Source: Lama glama (lineage: Eukaryota). Taken from it: a stretch of 64,000 nt of DNA. Below the pieces are notes generated by a model, which saw nothing but the letters and a program-made list of their open reading frames with translations, searched no databases and was not told the DNA's origin. Positions 1-12,715 of this stretch are shown here, one piece after another. Made by a program: the position numbers and the translations under genes. Location: positions 93,684,001 through 93,748,000 of the forward strand of contig CM052816.1 in the NCBI GenBank assembly GCA_028534125.1, given 5' to 3'. Position 1 is the stretch's first letter. The number at the start of each line of letters is the position of its first letter.

Positions 1-110
1 TCTTCCTCACGCCAAGCCTTTGGATGCCACCATTCTACTCTCTGTTTCTGTGAGTTTGGCTTTTTTGACTCCACATAGGAGTGATATTATACAGTAATTT
101 TTGCCTTTGT
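1..110 (-). mobile_element. L1 3' UTR fragment
   Basis: ccattctactctctgtttctgtgagtttggc...tccacataggagtgatattatacagta is the typical antisense L1M 3' UTR motif. Confidence 0.7.
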
Positions 111-1145
111 TATTGTCTTTTAAAAGTGCATTTTATATTTCAAAATATTATTGATTTAATAAGTTGTTTAAATTGTTCATAATGATGTGTGTTCTCATTT
201 TCTGGAAAAATAAATATGTATTTTGAAATTATTGAGATAGTACTTGTTATCCTAGAAAAGTATACTGAGACGTTTGTAGTTTTCTTATTAAGCATAGTTA
301 GCACACACTTTAGAATAATCATGAATGTTATAGTATAGATAAAACAGGACTGATGTAAGGTCTAAAAAATTTAAATTTATGAAATATGCTTACTTATTGA
401 ATTCATGTCTCAATCAATTGTAGAGTGTTCAAAAGAATCCCTTTTCTGAAAAATTAATACCAATGCAATATAAACAAAATTTATCAACATGAGATAGAGA
501 TAATTTTCACTTTATATAAATAGGATATTTTAATAAAAAATCTTTAAAAAACAGGTGAAAGTCTTTGCATAGTAGAGTAGTTACAGTCACTAAAATAATT
601 TCTTTCATTTCCTTTAGAATTTCAGTGGACACTGTTATGTTCATTTGCCATATAACCTTAGACAATTGATTAGAGGTTTTTAAAAATGACTCACTACAAA
701 CCTTACTGATATGTGTTCATAAGAAGTATCAACCATTATAAAAATCTCATGTCCAATGCTCTCAAACCAGGCATTAATCTTACACATCTACAGTATATGG
801 TAAAATAATAAGAGCTTAGAAGAGACTTTAATCATGCACTTCATAGCTGGATACACTTAGACACTTCTAATATATTTCCTGAGCAGTTTCCTTGTTTTCA
901 GGAATCTCTGTTACAAAGTTCCACATTATGACCTATTACCAAGTTCCACATTATGAAATAGAAATAGATTTTCTACTTTCTTTGTTTTCGGTAACTGAAC
1001 AATCAAGTCTGGTAATTTTGCATACTACACTACCAAGCATACATCATAACCTGTGTAATTTTCACTTCTTTATCATAAACACTCCAGATTTTTCACCTAT
1101 GCCATGTATACACATCATCACAATATCTTGCTTGCTTTTTCTAGA

Positions 1146-1445
1146 TGTGTGGTCCTAATATCTATTGTCTCCTTCCTTTTAATTAACAGAGCCCTGATTT
1201 CATTTGGAACAGCGCTGTGTAGTTTAAAGACCATTTTCTAAATTATCTTCAACTAGTAGTGCCTGGTAACATGTGCATAAAAGGCATTATCTGGAATTTT
1301 TAGAAAAATCTCTTTAAAGGGGGCTGACTCAGTGAAGAGGTGCACCTTTTCCCCTTGCCCAGTTCTCTCGCCTGCTTCCAGGAACATGAACATAGGAGTC
1401 ACCTGCTGATTATCATGAAGCAAAACACAAATGGCCATGGATCCA
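1146..1445 (+). mobile_element. MaLR LTR remnant (MLT1J-like)
   Basis: ctaatatctattgtctccttcc...aacagagccctgattt...taaagggggctgactcag resembles the MLT1I/J/K 5' half. Confidence 0.6.
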
Positions 1446-2273
1446 CCCGGAAGACTGTAGACTGGTGAGAACGGATTGATTTTGCATGAGACAGAAAAAA
1501 CGCTGCAGTATGTTTAACCCAGTTCTGTTCTCCAGCTCTCTAACCAGCAGCTGAGTGAAACTCTTGATGAAGAAATGACACAGTAATTTAGCTAGCATCC
1601 ACCAGTACAGGAGAGAGGAGCTAGTTCTGTGAACACTTGGTCTTATAGACTGTACTTCTGTCAGGGCGGGCTGCAGTCAGATGGCTACAGCCATCAGATT
1701 GCTATGTCTGCAGTATCACACTATTTAATGACGTGGAGGATATTTTCAGTACATATCTTCTTGTTCATGCAAATATATTTTAAAATTTTAGAAATAGAAA
1801 ACAAAAAACTGATCTTTTCTCAATGAAGGCCACATTCTAGCTTATTCTCTGTGCCTCTTTGCAAAACATCAGTATAGGAATACGCCTTATTTTCTCTTTG
1901 ACACTGCATGTTATTATTGATTATGCATCTTTTAAATATTTACTTAGGTTTTCATAAAGTAATAACTCAGGAATGCTATTATTCTAATGGACAAGTGGAG
2001 GAAATAGTTCACCATCCATGAAAGAAATACTGCAGATATTCAGTTCAAATATAGTTAACACTAGAGAATTGCTCAAGGGGAAAACCCCTGTTAACTATAA
2101 AAATTAAGAAATAATGTTGATACCTACAGTGAGTTACTCCACAGCATTTGGTAGCTTCTTTTTTTTTTTAAGTAAGCAGAAAAAAATAATTTTAAGCTTC
2201 TAGCATTTAGATATTATGTTACTTTCGATCAAAAGTTATTTCAAACGGCTACATCATTCTTTTTCCTTTCAGA

Positions 2274-2688
2274 TGCATCAGTTTCCTGGGGCTGCTGTAA
2301 CAAAGTACCCAGGTGAGGTGGTGAACAACAGACATCTATTGTCTTATGGTTCCCAAGGCTAGAAGGCTCAAATCAAGCTGTCAGCAGGAATGGTTCCTTC
2401 TAAGGGCTGTGATGGACAGTCTGTTCCATGCCTCTCTCTTAGCTTCTGGCAGCCCAAAGCCTTGGCTTTAGATAGCATTTTCCCTATGTCTTACCTTGTG
2501 TCTATCTCTGTGTCCAAGTTTGCCCTTTTTATAAGTACAGAGTTTTACAGGATTAAGGTCTGTCATGAAGATTTCATCTTAACTTGATCCATCTGTAAAG
2601 ATCCTATTTTCATATAAGATCATATTCACAGGTTCTGGGACTTGGGACTTCAAATCTGTTAGTGGGGGGCACAATTCAACCCATAACA
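2274..2688 (-). mobile_element. MaLR solo LTR (MLT1B/C-like)
   Basis: Begins tgcatcagtttcctggggctgctgtaacaaa and ends cacaattcaacccataaca, giving TG...CA termini of an MLT1 in reverse. Confidence 0.85.
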
Positions 2689-2809
2689 TTAGGTTCAATG
2701 TTGTAAAATATTTCACATTGTGAATGGAGTTTAGATTATTTAGCAAATCCCTTTTCTGTGCACGTATTTTATGTCTTTAATTCTCTGTCATTAACCCAGC
2801 CCTCGGGAT

Positions 2810-3076
2810 TTAGCGCGTTATGGTACTAGGATTTAGGGCCTTTTGTAGGTGATTAAATAATGACATTTGAACCTTCATGGATGAGATTAATGTCCTTATA
2901 AATGAGGTCAGGGGAAGATCCCTCATCCTTTCTACGATGTGAGGTTTCACCTGATAAGAGAGCCCTCACTAGACATCAGATCTCCTGGCATCTTGATCTT
3001 GGACTTCCCAGCTCCTAGAACTAAGAGCAATGACTTTCCATTAAGTAATACTATTGTTAATAGCAGCATGAACCAA
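2810..3076 (+). mobile_element. MaLR LTR fragment (MLT1A-like)
   Basis: gccctcactagacatcagatctcctggcatcttgatcttggacttcccagctcctagaact is an MLT1A hallmark. Confidence 0.75.
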
Positions 3077-3077
3077 A

Positions 3078-3175
3078 CCCTTTTGATTAAGTTTATTCCT
3101 AGGCAGTTTGTTCTTTTGATGTTATTATAATTGGGATTATTTTATTAATTTCCTTTTTGGATGATTAGTTGTAGC
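3078..3175 (-). mobile_element. L1 ORF2 fragment
   Basis: ttaagtttattcctaggcagtttgttcttttgatgttattataattgggatt matches antisense L1 ORF2 (YLGINL region). Confidence 0.6.
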
Positions 3176-3679
3176 TCACTGGTTTGATTCACATTAGATA
3201 AATACATAAGAAAAGTTTATTGGATAAAAACAATGAAACTTTCTTCACTAATAACCATGTATTGATTTCCTCCTTTTGTAAAATATTCATATCTGCTAAT
3301 TAATGCTTTCTGCCATTTAAAAATAAAGATTTACTACGATGTTACCCAAATTCATATCTTGAGCAAGATTTAATGTCAAAGATGCATCTTCTTTTCAATA
3401 GTTTCCTCCAGAACAATTAACATGCCTAAGAATACATTATTATAGATTATCTGATATTTTTATTTCAAGACACTTGCACATAATTTTTTTATTAAAGTCT
3501 CACAGTTACTCTATGGAAAAATGAAGATAATTAAGGGATTGCTTTGATCATGGCTATAGTATTATATTAAATTCTGAGACATATCTGTTGTCATAGATGC
3601 TTGTAAATTATTTAGGAGGAATTCTAGAATGATGATAGGGAGCAATAATCAAGCTAATTTGAGAAATTGATCATGGAAG

Positions 3680-3771
3680 AGTTATTCCTCCAGCCTCTTT
3701 CTTTCTCTTCAGTAATGCTTTGGCAATTCTAGGTCTTTGATGGTTCCATATAAATTTTATTATGAGTTGTT
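3680..3771 (-). mobile_element. L1 ORF2 fragment running into the gap
   Basis: cctccagc...gctttggcaattctaggtctttgatggttccatataaatttta is antisense L1 ORF2 (KFIWNH region). Confidence 0.75.
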
Positions 3772-4271
3772 NNNNNNNNNNNNNNNNNNNNNNNNNNNNN
3801 NNNNNNNNNNNNNNNNNNNNNNNNNNNNNNNNNNNNNNNNNNNNNNNNNNNNNNNNNNNNNNNNNNNNNNNNNNNNNNNNNNNNNNNNNNNNNNNNNNNN
3901 NNNNNNNNNNNNNNNNNNNNNNNNNNNNNNNNNNNNNNNNNNNNNNNNNNNNNNNNNNNNNNNNNNNNNNNNNNNNNNNNNNNNNNNNNNNNNNNNNNNN
4001 NNNNNNNNNNNNNNNNNNNNNNNNNNNNNNNNNNNNNNNNNNNNNNNNNNNNNNNNNNNNNNNNNNNNNNNNNNNNNNNNNNNNNNNNNNNNNNNNNNNN
4101 NNNNNNNNNNNNNNNNNNNNNNNNNNNNNNNNNNNNNNNNNNNNNNNNNNNNNNNNNNNNNNNNNNNNNNNNNNNNNNNNNNNNNNNNNNNNNNNNNNNN
4201 NNNNNNNNNNNNNNNNNNNNNNNNNNNNNNNNNNNNNNNNNNNNNNNNNNNNNNNNNNNNNNNNNNNNNNN
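3772..4271. other. Assembly gap (500 N)
   Basis: Exactly 500 N. Confidence 1.
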
Positions 4272-5050
4272 AAACACTATTGATCTTTGCAGAAAACTAG
4301 TCTTGATTTTACTGATTTTTCTCGTTGCTCTCTGTTTTCAATTGTATTGATTTATGCTCTTATTTTAACATTTTATTTCTTCTATTTACTTTCATGTTGC
4401 TCTTCATTCTATGGTTTCCTGAAGTGGAAGCATATATGGCTGAATTTAGTTTTCTTTTCTTTAGGGGCCCTGAGTCCTGGGGTTGAGACCTAGAGAAGTG
4501 TTTCTTTGAGTTTTTTCCCCATATGGGACAGAAGTCTAGGGGGGCAGGAGCTGTTTGACTGCCCCTCCCTGTGGTCTAGTGAGGCTCTGGTAAAGCAGCT
4601 TCCATTGGAAGGTAGATCATTGGTATGAAGAACACTCTGGGAATATTTCAAACTGGTTACTTTTCCCCTACCTTGCCTGAAACCTGAGGGGAATTTTTCT
4701 CCCTTCTTCACTGTTAGAACTCAGTGGGGCTTTTGTAGGTAAAAGCCATGATCGTATGGGGACCTCACAGGGCAGAGACCCCAGGAATTCTTAACTCCCA
4801 GAGTAGTCCGCTCTCAGCCACCAGCAGTTCATCAAAATTGCCTTTACGTATTCCAGCTACTTGCTCTAGCAGTTTCTGTTCCCGATAAGATGATCTTAGT
4901 TGTGATTCTTGGTGTCTACCTCCCTCTCTGAATTACAGGTGGCAGCCGGCCCTGTTTCCTCATTTCTCTGATAGATCTAAGGAAATTCACTGATTTTCAG
5001 TTTATTTATCTTCTTGTAAAGTTTACATTTAAGGTCTGAAATGAAAAGCC
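4272..5050 (-). mobile_element. Old L1 (L1MC-like): ORF2 piece (4272-4460) joined directly to 5'-end sequence (4460-5050)
   Basis: T-rich antisense ORF2 followed by ggtggcagccggccctg...tctctgatagatctaaggaaattcactgattttcagttt, typical of L1MC 5' ends; ORF1 appears deleted. Confidence 0.65.
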
Positions 5051-5159
5051 CAAGAACCATCTTTATAAAGAGTTTCCCACATCCAAGACAAGTCCTGTTT
5101 AAAATCATGTGTCCAACTTTGAAGTTAAGCTCTCTGATTTCAAAGTTAAAAGATTACCT

Positions 5160-5638
5160 TGTAATAGTCTCAAATGCTGCTCTAACAAATCGCATTTTAG
5201 TGGTTTAAAACAACGCAGTTTATGTTACAGTTCTGAAGTCAGAAGTCTAGAATCATCCTCATTAGACTAACATGAAGGCGTTGACAAGCCTGGCTCCTTC
5301 TGGAGGCTCCATGTGAATCTCATGCTCTTGCCCTTTCCAGCTTTTGAAGGCCACTATACCCTTCAGCTCGTGGCCCCTTCCCCCATGTTCAAAGCCGATA
5401 GTGTAGCATCTTCTCTCATTTACAACGTCTGTCAACATCCTCATATATTTTCTTGACTGTGATCCTCCTTCATTCCTCTTATGAGGACCTTGTGATTTCT
5501 TTGGACTCACTTGGTTAACCCAGCACAATCTAATCTTAAAATCCATAATCACATCTTTTTATCCTATAAGGTAACATGTTCACAGATTCTGGGATCAGGA
5601 CGAGAACATCTTTGGTGGATATTACTTGGCCTACTATA
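5160..5638 (-). mobile_element. MaLR solo LTR (MLT1D-like)
   Basis: gctgctctaacaaat...ttaaaacaac...ccttctggaggctc...aaggtaacatgttcacagattctgggatcaggac. Confidence 0.85.
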
Positions 5639-6099
5639 AATGACTAAGATTTAAATACCTTTTAAATTAAAAACATGTTTCATGTTGCTATTAACCACCT
5701 TTAAATTTGTAGCAACTTTATTTCACTTATTTTCTGTTAGGATTTTGAACATTATGTAGCTTGTGCCTATAGAGACACATTTTATTCAATAGTTATGAAA
5801 GATAAAGTGGTTAATAAAAATTCCAAATTAAATTTGGGCATACTATGTTATGAATGCTGTTGTTTTGATTTATCTACTTGAGTTCTAAGACCATAGACTT
5901 TATTGAGCAAGTGGAAACAAATTTAGGTAAATGTTAGATCGGTGAAGACTGACATCAAAGCCACTGGCATGGGGAACAACTAGAAATATTTTATTGATAC
6001 CAGTTACAATACTATGGTGAGTATTGTGGGAAATAAAGTCTGGTATAATTTTCTTATTCTCACTGAAAACAAGCTTTTATTTATGAAACACATTTTTAT

Positions 6100-6540
6100 A
6101 TAAACTATGTCCAATTTTACATTGCGAGATGTTCTTTTAATGATTTGTAAATGGTTCTCTAGACATTAAATATATCAACACATTTCTTCACGTATTGTAC
6201 ATTTTTCCTTTAATTTGTAATTTGCCTCTTAATGTTGTTTATTTTTATGATGTAAATGTCATTCATTTTTATTGGTCAAACTCATCAACATTTTCTCTTT
6301 TACATTTTACATGTGATTATTGGAAGAATCCTTTCCTCTAAATGTATGCTCATATTCATTTGTGTCTTTCTTTTTGTAAGATTTTATTTCTTTTATAAAT
6401 CTTGTTAGATTTTAAAATTAAATACAGTTATTTTTTCTGGTGTTTGATGTAAGTAAAGCTTTTATTTATTCCCATATGATTAAATAATTATCTCAGCATA
6501 ATTTAATAGATAACATCATTTTGCTGGTACCATATTAAAC
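6100..6540 (-). mobile_element. Very old L1 (L1ME-like) ORF2 remnant
   Basis: T-rich antisense L1-like tracts such as tttgtaatttgcctcttaat and ggtcaaactcatcaacattttctc. Confidence 0.45.
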
Positions 6541-7155
6541 TCAAACATATATTTAAGAATGTGTATATACACACACACACACACATATATACATTTTTTT
6601 CCTTAATGTGCCAAAAACAAGTCTTAAGCCAGCCTGTTTTTGTTTTTTCTATATGGATGAATTCAGTTTTTATATTGTCTGGATGCTCATAATTTTTATA
6701 TATTTTTGAAGTTCCAGATTTATTACCATGGTGTTAATAGGAAATAGTCATTTGCATAAATGGTGCCTGGGTCTTAGTATGCTGTTTTAAATAGAGACAC
6801 AAATTTCCAGTGTGTCCCGTATATGAAGTACTGACTGTAAGTTTTTCTTATGTTAAATACTAAGAATCCTTTATTTGTGTTATGTAAGTAGATGATCAAG
6901 AATTTGTATTTTTTTCTTGAAAAGTTTTTGTTTTCACAGGTGCAGAAGAGTTAGCCATGTAGGTAGGGGAAGAATTTACTCTTTAGATAATGGGAATAAC
7001 AAATATAAACAGCAATAGAAAAATGCCTTTCAGAAGTACAGCCAGTCCCATTTCCAACAAGGAATGTGAGTGGAAGAGGGACAACACCTGAGATAAGAGA
7101 GATGGGGTCAGGCCACAGAGGATGGTGTATACTAAGCAAACTTAATGATTTTACA

Positions 7156-7815
7156 TTTTTTAAATTTTTTTAATTTTTATTGAAATGTATTTGACAGACG
7201 ATATTGTGTAAATTTAATGTGTACAACATGTTAATTTGGTACGTTTATAAATTATAACATGATTGCCATTGTAGTCGTAACTAGCCTTTCATCACAGTAT
7301 GTAATTATCATTTCTTTTTAGTGGTTGGAATAATTAAGTTCTAGTCTGTCAGCAATTTTGATGATTATAACAAAATAATATTATCTGTGTTCACTAGATT
7401 GTGCATTAGATCTCTCTCTTTATATGTACCATAACTTCTTTACCCATTCATCTGTCCAAGACACTTTGATTGTTTTCATATCTTGGCTATTAAAAATTAT
7501 GTTGTGATGAACATAAGACTGAAGATATCTCTCTGAAGTACTGATTTCATTTCCTTTGTTTATGTATCGAGAAGAGGGATTCTTGAATCTTTGGTAGTTC
7601 CTTTTTTAATTTTTTAAGGAACCTCCATATGCTTTTCCACAATTCGACCAGTAGTTTAGAAGGGTTTCCTTTTCTCCATATCCTTGTCAAATCTGCCATC
7701 TTTTGTCTTTTCGGTAATAGCCATGCTGAAAGATGTGAGGTGGTTTCTCATTGTGGTTTTGATTTTCATTTCCCTAATGACTATTTTGTTGAACACATCT
7801 CATTGTACCTGTTGG
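7156..7815 (-). mobile_element. L1 3' end (L1MA9-like) with poly(A) remnant
   Basis: Poly-T at 7156, antisense 3' UTR, then antisense ORF2 C-terminus (gtgaggtggtttctcattgtggttttgattttcatttccctaatgact). Confidence 0.9.
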
Positions 7816-8009
7816 GTACTGCTGGACTGTTGTGCTTTGGCCACTGGAACAGCCTCGTGAGAGCTGGCAGTGCGCATCTCATCCCATCTCCTTATTTCAC
7901 AACATCATGGCAGTAACTTGAAATCAATCATGGTGCAAGAAATTGACAAACACTAAAAACTATGGCCTTTCCTTTTTTTTTTGGTTGTCAATTTACCAGC
8001 ACATCACTG
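7816..8009. mobile_element. hAT DNA transposon (MER63-like)
   Basis: Ends tttaccagcacatcactg, matching the MER63 TIR; internal ttgaaatcaatcatggtg. Confidence 0.7.
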
Positions 8010-8483
8010 CTCTCTTCTCCCCTTACTCCATTCAAACCAAACTGGATATTTCTTTTTCTTTCTTTCTTTCTTTTTTCTTTTTTCTTTTTTAACAAACTGC
8101 CTTTTTTTATAGCTCCTTGCTCTTCATAGGCAACCTCTCATCTTAGTTACTTACATTTGCTCTTCCTCTTCCTAGAATTCATTTCCCAGAATTTCACAAA
8201 TCTTACCTTTATACATGAAAGTCTTATTCACAGGTTTCCCTGGTTCCTGCTTATAATTGTGCCCTCTTCCAACTCTCAAGCACATAAACATAATCCATAT
8301 CCCATTCTCCTACTTTTTTTTCAATATCTCTATAGTATTTTAGATCATCTAATACAATGATTTTTATTAATTCTGTTTATTAGTTGTTCTGATCCCCCTA
8401 ACATGTATTTCCACTCTTTGGAATGATGCTGAATACACAATTTCCAGAAAAGTACCACTCAATAATACTTGTGGAATCAATGA
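8010..8483 (+). mobile_element. L2 3' end
   Basis: Pyrimidine-rich L2 3' region ending cactcaataatacttgtggaatcaatga, which resembles the L2 tail. Confidence 0.55.
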
Positions 8484-9109
8484 GATAACAATATGATTGA
8501 TAAAGTTGTGTATATTTAGCAAGCTTTTTGATGATTTATTTTTGTTTTTATTATTTAATATTTCTTAAGACTCTGAAGATCCTATTGTATTTTTCTCTAT
8601 TTTTACCTCTTTGCAATAAATTAGACAGAATCAGTAAGATAATTTTTGGATCACATAAGAAATTGAATAGGCTAAAGACTGTACATATTCATTTACATTT
8701 TAATATAATAACTCCAAGTAAATTTATTCCACTTAGATAAATGTAGCAAATTTTCTTTAATATTTTGTAAAAAATAGTCTCATTCTTATTAGTGAAGCTT
8801 AACGCAGTTTTATTAACAGCACGTGGTGTGGGGCCAGTGTGCTGTGACTGTATGCTCGTCGGTGCACCTCTGTGAGAAGTGTCTGATGTTAGAGCAATCG
8901 CTTTGCAGCGCTATTCACCCAAATACTCTCCACGTAAATTTATAGCAGATGGTTATTGTCATGAATCCATACAAAATGATGTTCTTGGAGAATCAATTGC
9001 GAACACCCAGCGTGTAGTTAAAATGTGCTTCTTCACTTGCATCTATTTTCCTGAAGTATATTATTATTATTTTTATTACCATGACAATGAATTATAAATC
9101 AAAAATTAC

Positions 9110-9186
9110 CTGATGGCAATCTTCTCTTTGCTTCAGTAGCAATGGACTGAATCAGTGTCATTCGGTATTTGAATAAACTTTTGATA
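9110..9186 (-). other. Candidate 77-nt exon (unverified)
   Basis: Minus strand reads cttttcccttcttatatgacag|...CCATCAG|gtaatt; one open frame IKSLFKYRMTLIQSIATEAKRRLPS; no recognised protein. Confidence 0.25.
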
Positions 9187-9614
9187 CTGTCATATAAGAA
9201 GGGAAAAGTCTGTGTATAACTGAATTAATTTCCAAAGTACTGGTAACATAAATAAATAATTAGAAAAATTACTAAAAAATGAAAGCAGTATATACGCACA
9301 GCCAACATGAGCAAGGGAAAGGAAAAACGGCAGTATGGAGAAAAAGAAGCCAATTTGATTCCATGTTGAACTCTCTCTCCAATGAGTCAATTGGACTTCA
9401 TTTTAGTCTGTACTTTCTTTGCAGCATTCACAACCAAACATGAGTTGAACTACCTTAACATACGAAGTTTATCTTGGAGCATTCTATGAATAAAATATCT
9501 AATGTTTAAAAATACTATGTTTAATCTCTTAACTTTAGTTTCTCATTCATCCAGTCTAATATGGTAGAAAACTACCACAGCTTTTGTAAATACACTCATG
9601 CCTGGTTTTATAGA

Positions 9615-9866
9615 TTTTGAGAGTGAACTCTGGCTGACAAGCAGCAAGCAGACGGAAACCTGAGAGCTACCAACACACTGAACTGAATTCTGCCAACAAC
9701 TTGAAAAGCCTGCAAGAAGATCCCTCCCCAGATCATCAGAAAGGAACACTGCCTTGCTGACACCTTGATTTCAGCTCTGTGAAAACTTTGTCAGAAATTT
9801 GATCCACAGAGCTGTGAGATCACAAATAAAACTGTGGTGACACAGTAATGGTAGAAAACTAATATA
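9615..9866 (+). mobile_element. MaLR LTR 3' half (MLT1E-like)
   Basis: gaactgaattctgccaacaac...gctgacaccttgatttcagctctgtga...tagaaaactaatata. Confidence 0.8.
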
Positions 9867-10952
9867 AAACCAATGACTTCTTCTGTCTCCAGGGAAAGAA
9901 ACCTTGTTCATTCAGTGGTCAAGTTAAGACTCATTAAACTAGGAATTCTTCCATGGGCTTAAAAATACAAGGATGAATGGGGTAAAGTCTCTGCTCTCAT
10001 GGAACTTAATTGTATGTTAACTTCCCACTGTGCCAACAGGAAGGATGGGCATTTTCATCACTATTTACATGACAACAAGCAACCCACTCTAATTTGTATG
10101 GAGAAATTAAGTTACCATGGTTACAACAGACTCACTATCTCTGACTACCCTTAGTTTAGGATTCATGTTCACACGCTTATCCCAGCAGCAGCTTCTCTGG
10201 AATTACTTCGCCTCGTTGAATTGATTGTATACTATTTTTTCTGATGTCATTGTGTGATTTTTTTTAATGTTATTTTGAGAAATTAGATTGCCTAATGGGA
10301 AGAGGCACAGTTTAGTCTTGATATTGGGTTTTTTATTTTCTTAATTGTTACTTTTCCAAGTAAATTTGTAAAAACTGCCACATATACAACTATGGAACCT
10401 GATTTTCTTACCTTTCCCTCAAATTCCATATTATTTCAACTCTTTTCTTCAAAACTGTATTCGTATTTTTCATCAACAGTATGCATAATAATATCGTAAG
10501 TTCTCTGTAAGAGGATACATTTTTTAAACGTCAACATGCTTCTCTTTTTGCCTTTCTAATAATAAAAATTTCATTTCAGTGGGCTCACCATGACTGGCTT
10601 TTTGTGTTTATTCTCTTGGATTGAGTAGATGGGAAGAGGCTGAAGATTAGGAAAGACTGAATTCATATAAAGAGAAAGAGGAGCATAAGGATTACGTGAA
10701 GTTGGGAGAAATATTACAGAAATACTATAAAGGGTTTTGAGATTAAAATAAGTGACTTTAAGGCCCTCTTTATATTTGGGGGAAAGATTTTTCCAGAATC
10801 GGTTGGCTCCTGTTGGTACACTAAAGGCCTGCCCTAGGGGATTTGGCTCATAGTGTTAACCTCGCCTCTGGAGAAGGTGCCTCTCACCTACGTCATCAGT
10901 CAGGAGATTTGCTTCTAAGTAGAGGGTGGGTCATAAGAGAAATGGGACTCAC

Positions 10953-10962
10953 CTGCAGACAA
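10953..10962 (-). other. Candidate 10-nt microexon or recursive splice site (unverified)
   Basis: Minus strand reads ctcctttgatcttcttctccttaacttttcacag|TTGTCTGCAG|gtgagt. Confidence 0.25.
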
Positions 10963-11054
10963 CTGTGAAAAGTTAAGGAGAGAAGAAGATCAAAGGAGCT
11001 AACCATCATATTTTTATTTAGATGTTCCCCCTTGCACACCTTGCTCTAGAGATT

Positions 11055-11695
11055 TTTTTTTCTTAATCAGTCTATTTAAGGTTTATCAATTTTATCAATC
11101 TCAAAACATCAACTTTTTAGCTTCATTAATTTTTAATCAAAATTCAATTTTTTACTTTCACTGATTCTTGCTCTTAATTGTCTATTTTCTTATATTCATT
11201 CTGAGGGTATTTTGTTCATACTTTTCCAGCTCCATCAAGGTTTTGGATCTTAGGGATTTTGGACATTTCTTCTTTCCCATAGAGATACTTCAAACTACAA
11301 ATTTCATAGTAAGTACTGTCTTAGCTGAATCCCACAGTATTTGTTATGCTGATTTTTATTATCATTCTATATACTTATTATATTATATATTTAATTATAT
11401 CATAATCCTTTCAAATATTATCTTGTGAATTTTTCCTTAACACACATTTTTAGAAGTGCTTGTTTTTTTAGACTAGATTTGAGGTTTGCTTAGCTATTTT
11501 ACTGTTATTTATTTTAAAATCAATTTAATTTTGGTGAGAGTATGAAATACTCTGTATGATATAATTTCTTTTAACTTATTGACACTTATTTTTGGCTTGA
11601 TAGACATGAAGTCTATCTTAGTAAATGTACCAGGTACACTTGGAAGCAAAGTCCATTCTGCATTATCTGATGTAATATTCTGCCAATTATATAGA
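11055..11695 (-). mobile_element. Old L1 ORF2 endonuclease-region fragment
   Basis: ORF 11509-11742 (NAEWTLLPSVPGTFTKIDFM...SVNKLKEII) is homologous to L1 EN AEYTFFSSAHGTFSKIDHI...SLNKFKKIEI. Confidence 0.85.
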
Positions 11696-12569
11696 ACAAG
11701 CCATATAGAAGAGCTGATAAGTAACACAGAAAGTAAAACCAAGATTATATATTCAGTTTGTGTGTGTGTAGTGAATAAGCAATTAAAGAATGATACCTAG
11801 GTATAGAAGAAATAAAGTATACGTATTGTTTCAATGAAGGTCAAATAGTGTAGACTCAGCTTTGCTAATCAGCTAGACACTTTCAAATTAATGTCTTAGA
11901 ATTTATGGTTCCATATAACAAAAAGAAATATAAAACATTTGCGTATTGACATGAATACAAGACAGTGTTTATCACAGGGTGTGACTTTGTATAAAACCCT
12001 CTATCTCCAATATAGTAAAGATAAACTTTTATAAAATGGGCACCACAGGGGAGAATATAATGTTGAAAAACATAATGATTTTGCTATGTGCCAAATAAAT
12101 CAAACAATTTTCATGCACATGGCAAACAATAAATCTAGACGGTTTTTCAAATTCTCTCATCTCCTACATATATGTGTAAATAGGAGTTGTGGGTTATGCC
12201 TTATGCAGCTGCCAAACAATTGACAATGAGTTTCAATCCGTCATGTCTTTGCTTAGGACAGAATTCTTGCATCAGCAGCAGGTTGCTTATCGTAGTATAC
12301 AACAGAGTGTTTAGATCTGTGTATCTCCGAACAAAACATCAATTCAACATCAACAAATATAAAATAAATATCAATAAAAACCACCTTATTTATAATACTA
12401 CACATTATCAGGAATATCACAAGCTCATATTTCACAGAGCATATCACAATTACTGTTGAAATTTCCGAAGGTCTTATGATATAATTTTGTTTGTAGGTTA
12501 ATGGAAAAAAAAGTGGATATAAATATTTAAAATCATCTGGACTCATAAATGACTTTGTGAAAAACAGAG

Positions 12570-12715
12570 GTTTGGCTTAACTGATACTCATGTTCTAATC
12601 TTTGTCCCCTTTGACTAGTCCCTTCTCATGTCTGGTCCTCAGTTTCTGTAACATTACTGGATTGATGTAGATGATCACGTGTTTCCTCTCTAATACTCTC
12701 TGATTTTCTGATTCT
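12570..12715 (+). mobile_element. MIR/MIR3 fragment
   Basis: tagtcccttctcatgtctggtcctcagtttctgtaa...tagatgatc...tctgattct. Confidence 0.5.

Noticed and set aside
3729..4300. Long ORFs of 173-187 aa
   Set aside because: They consist of X residues spanning the N gap.
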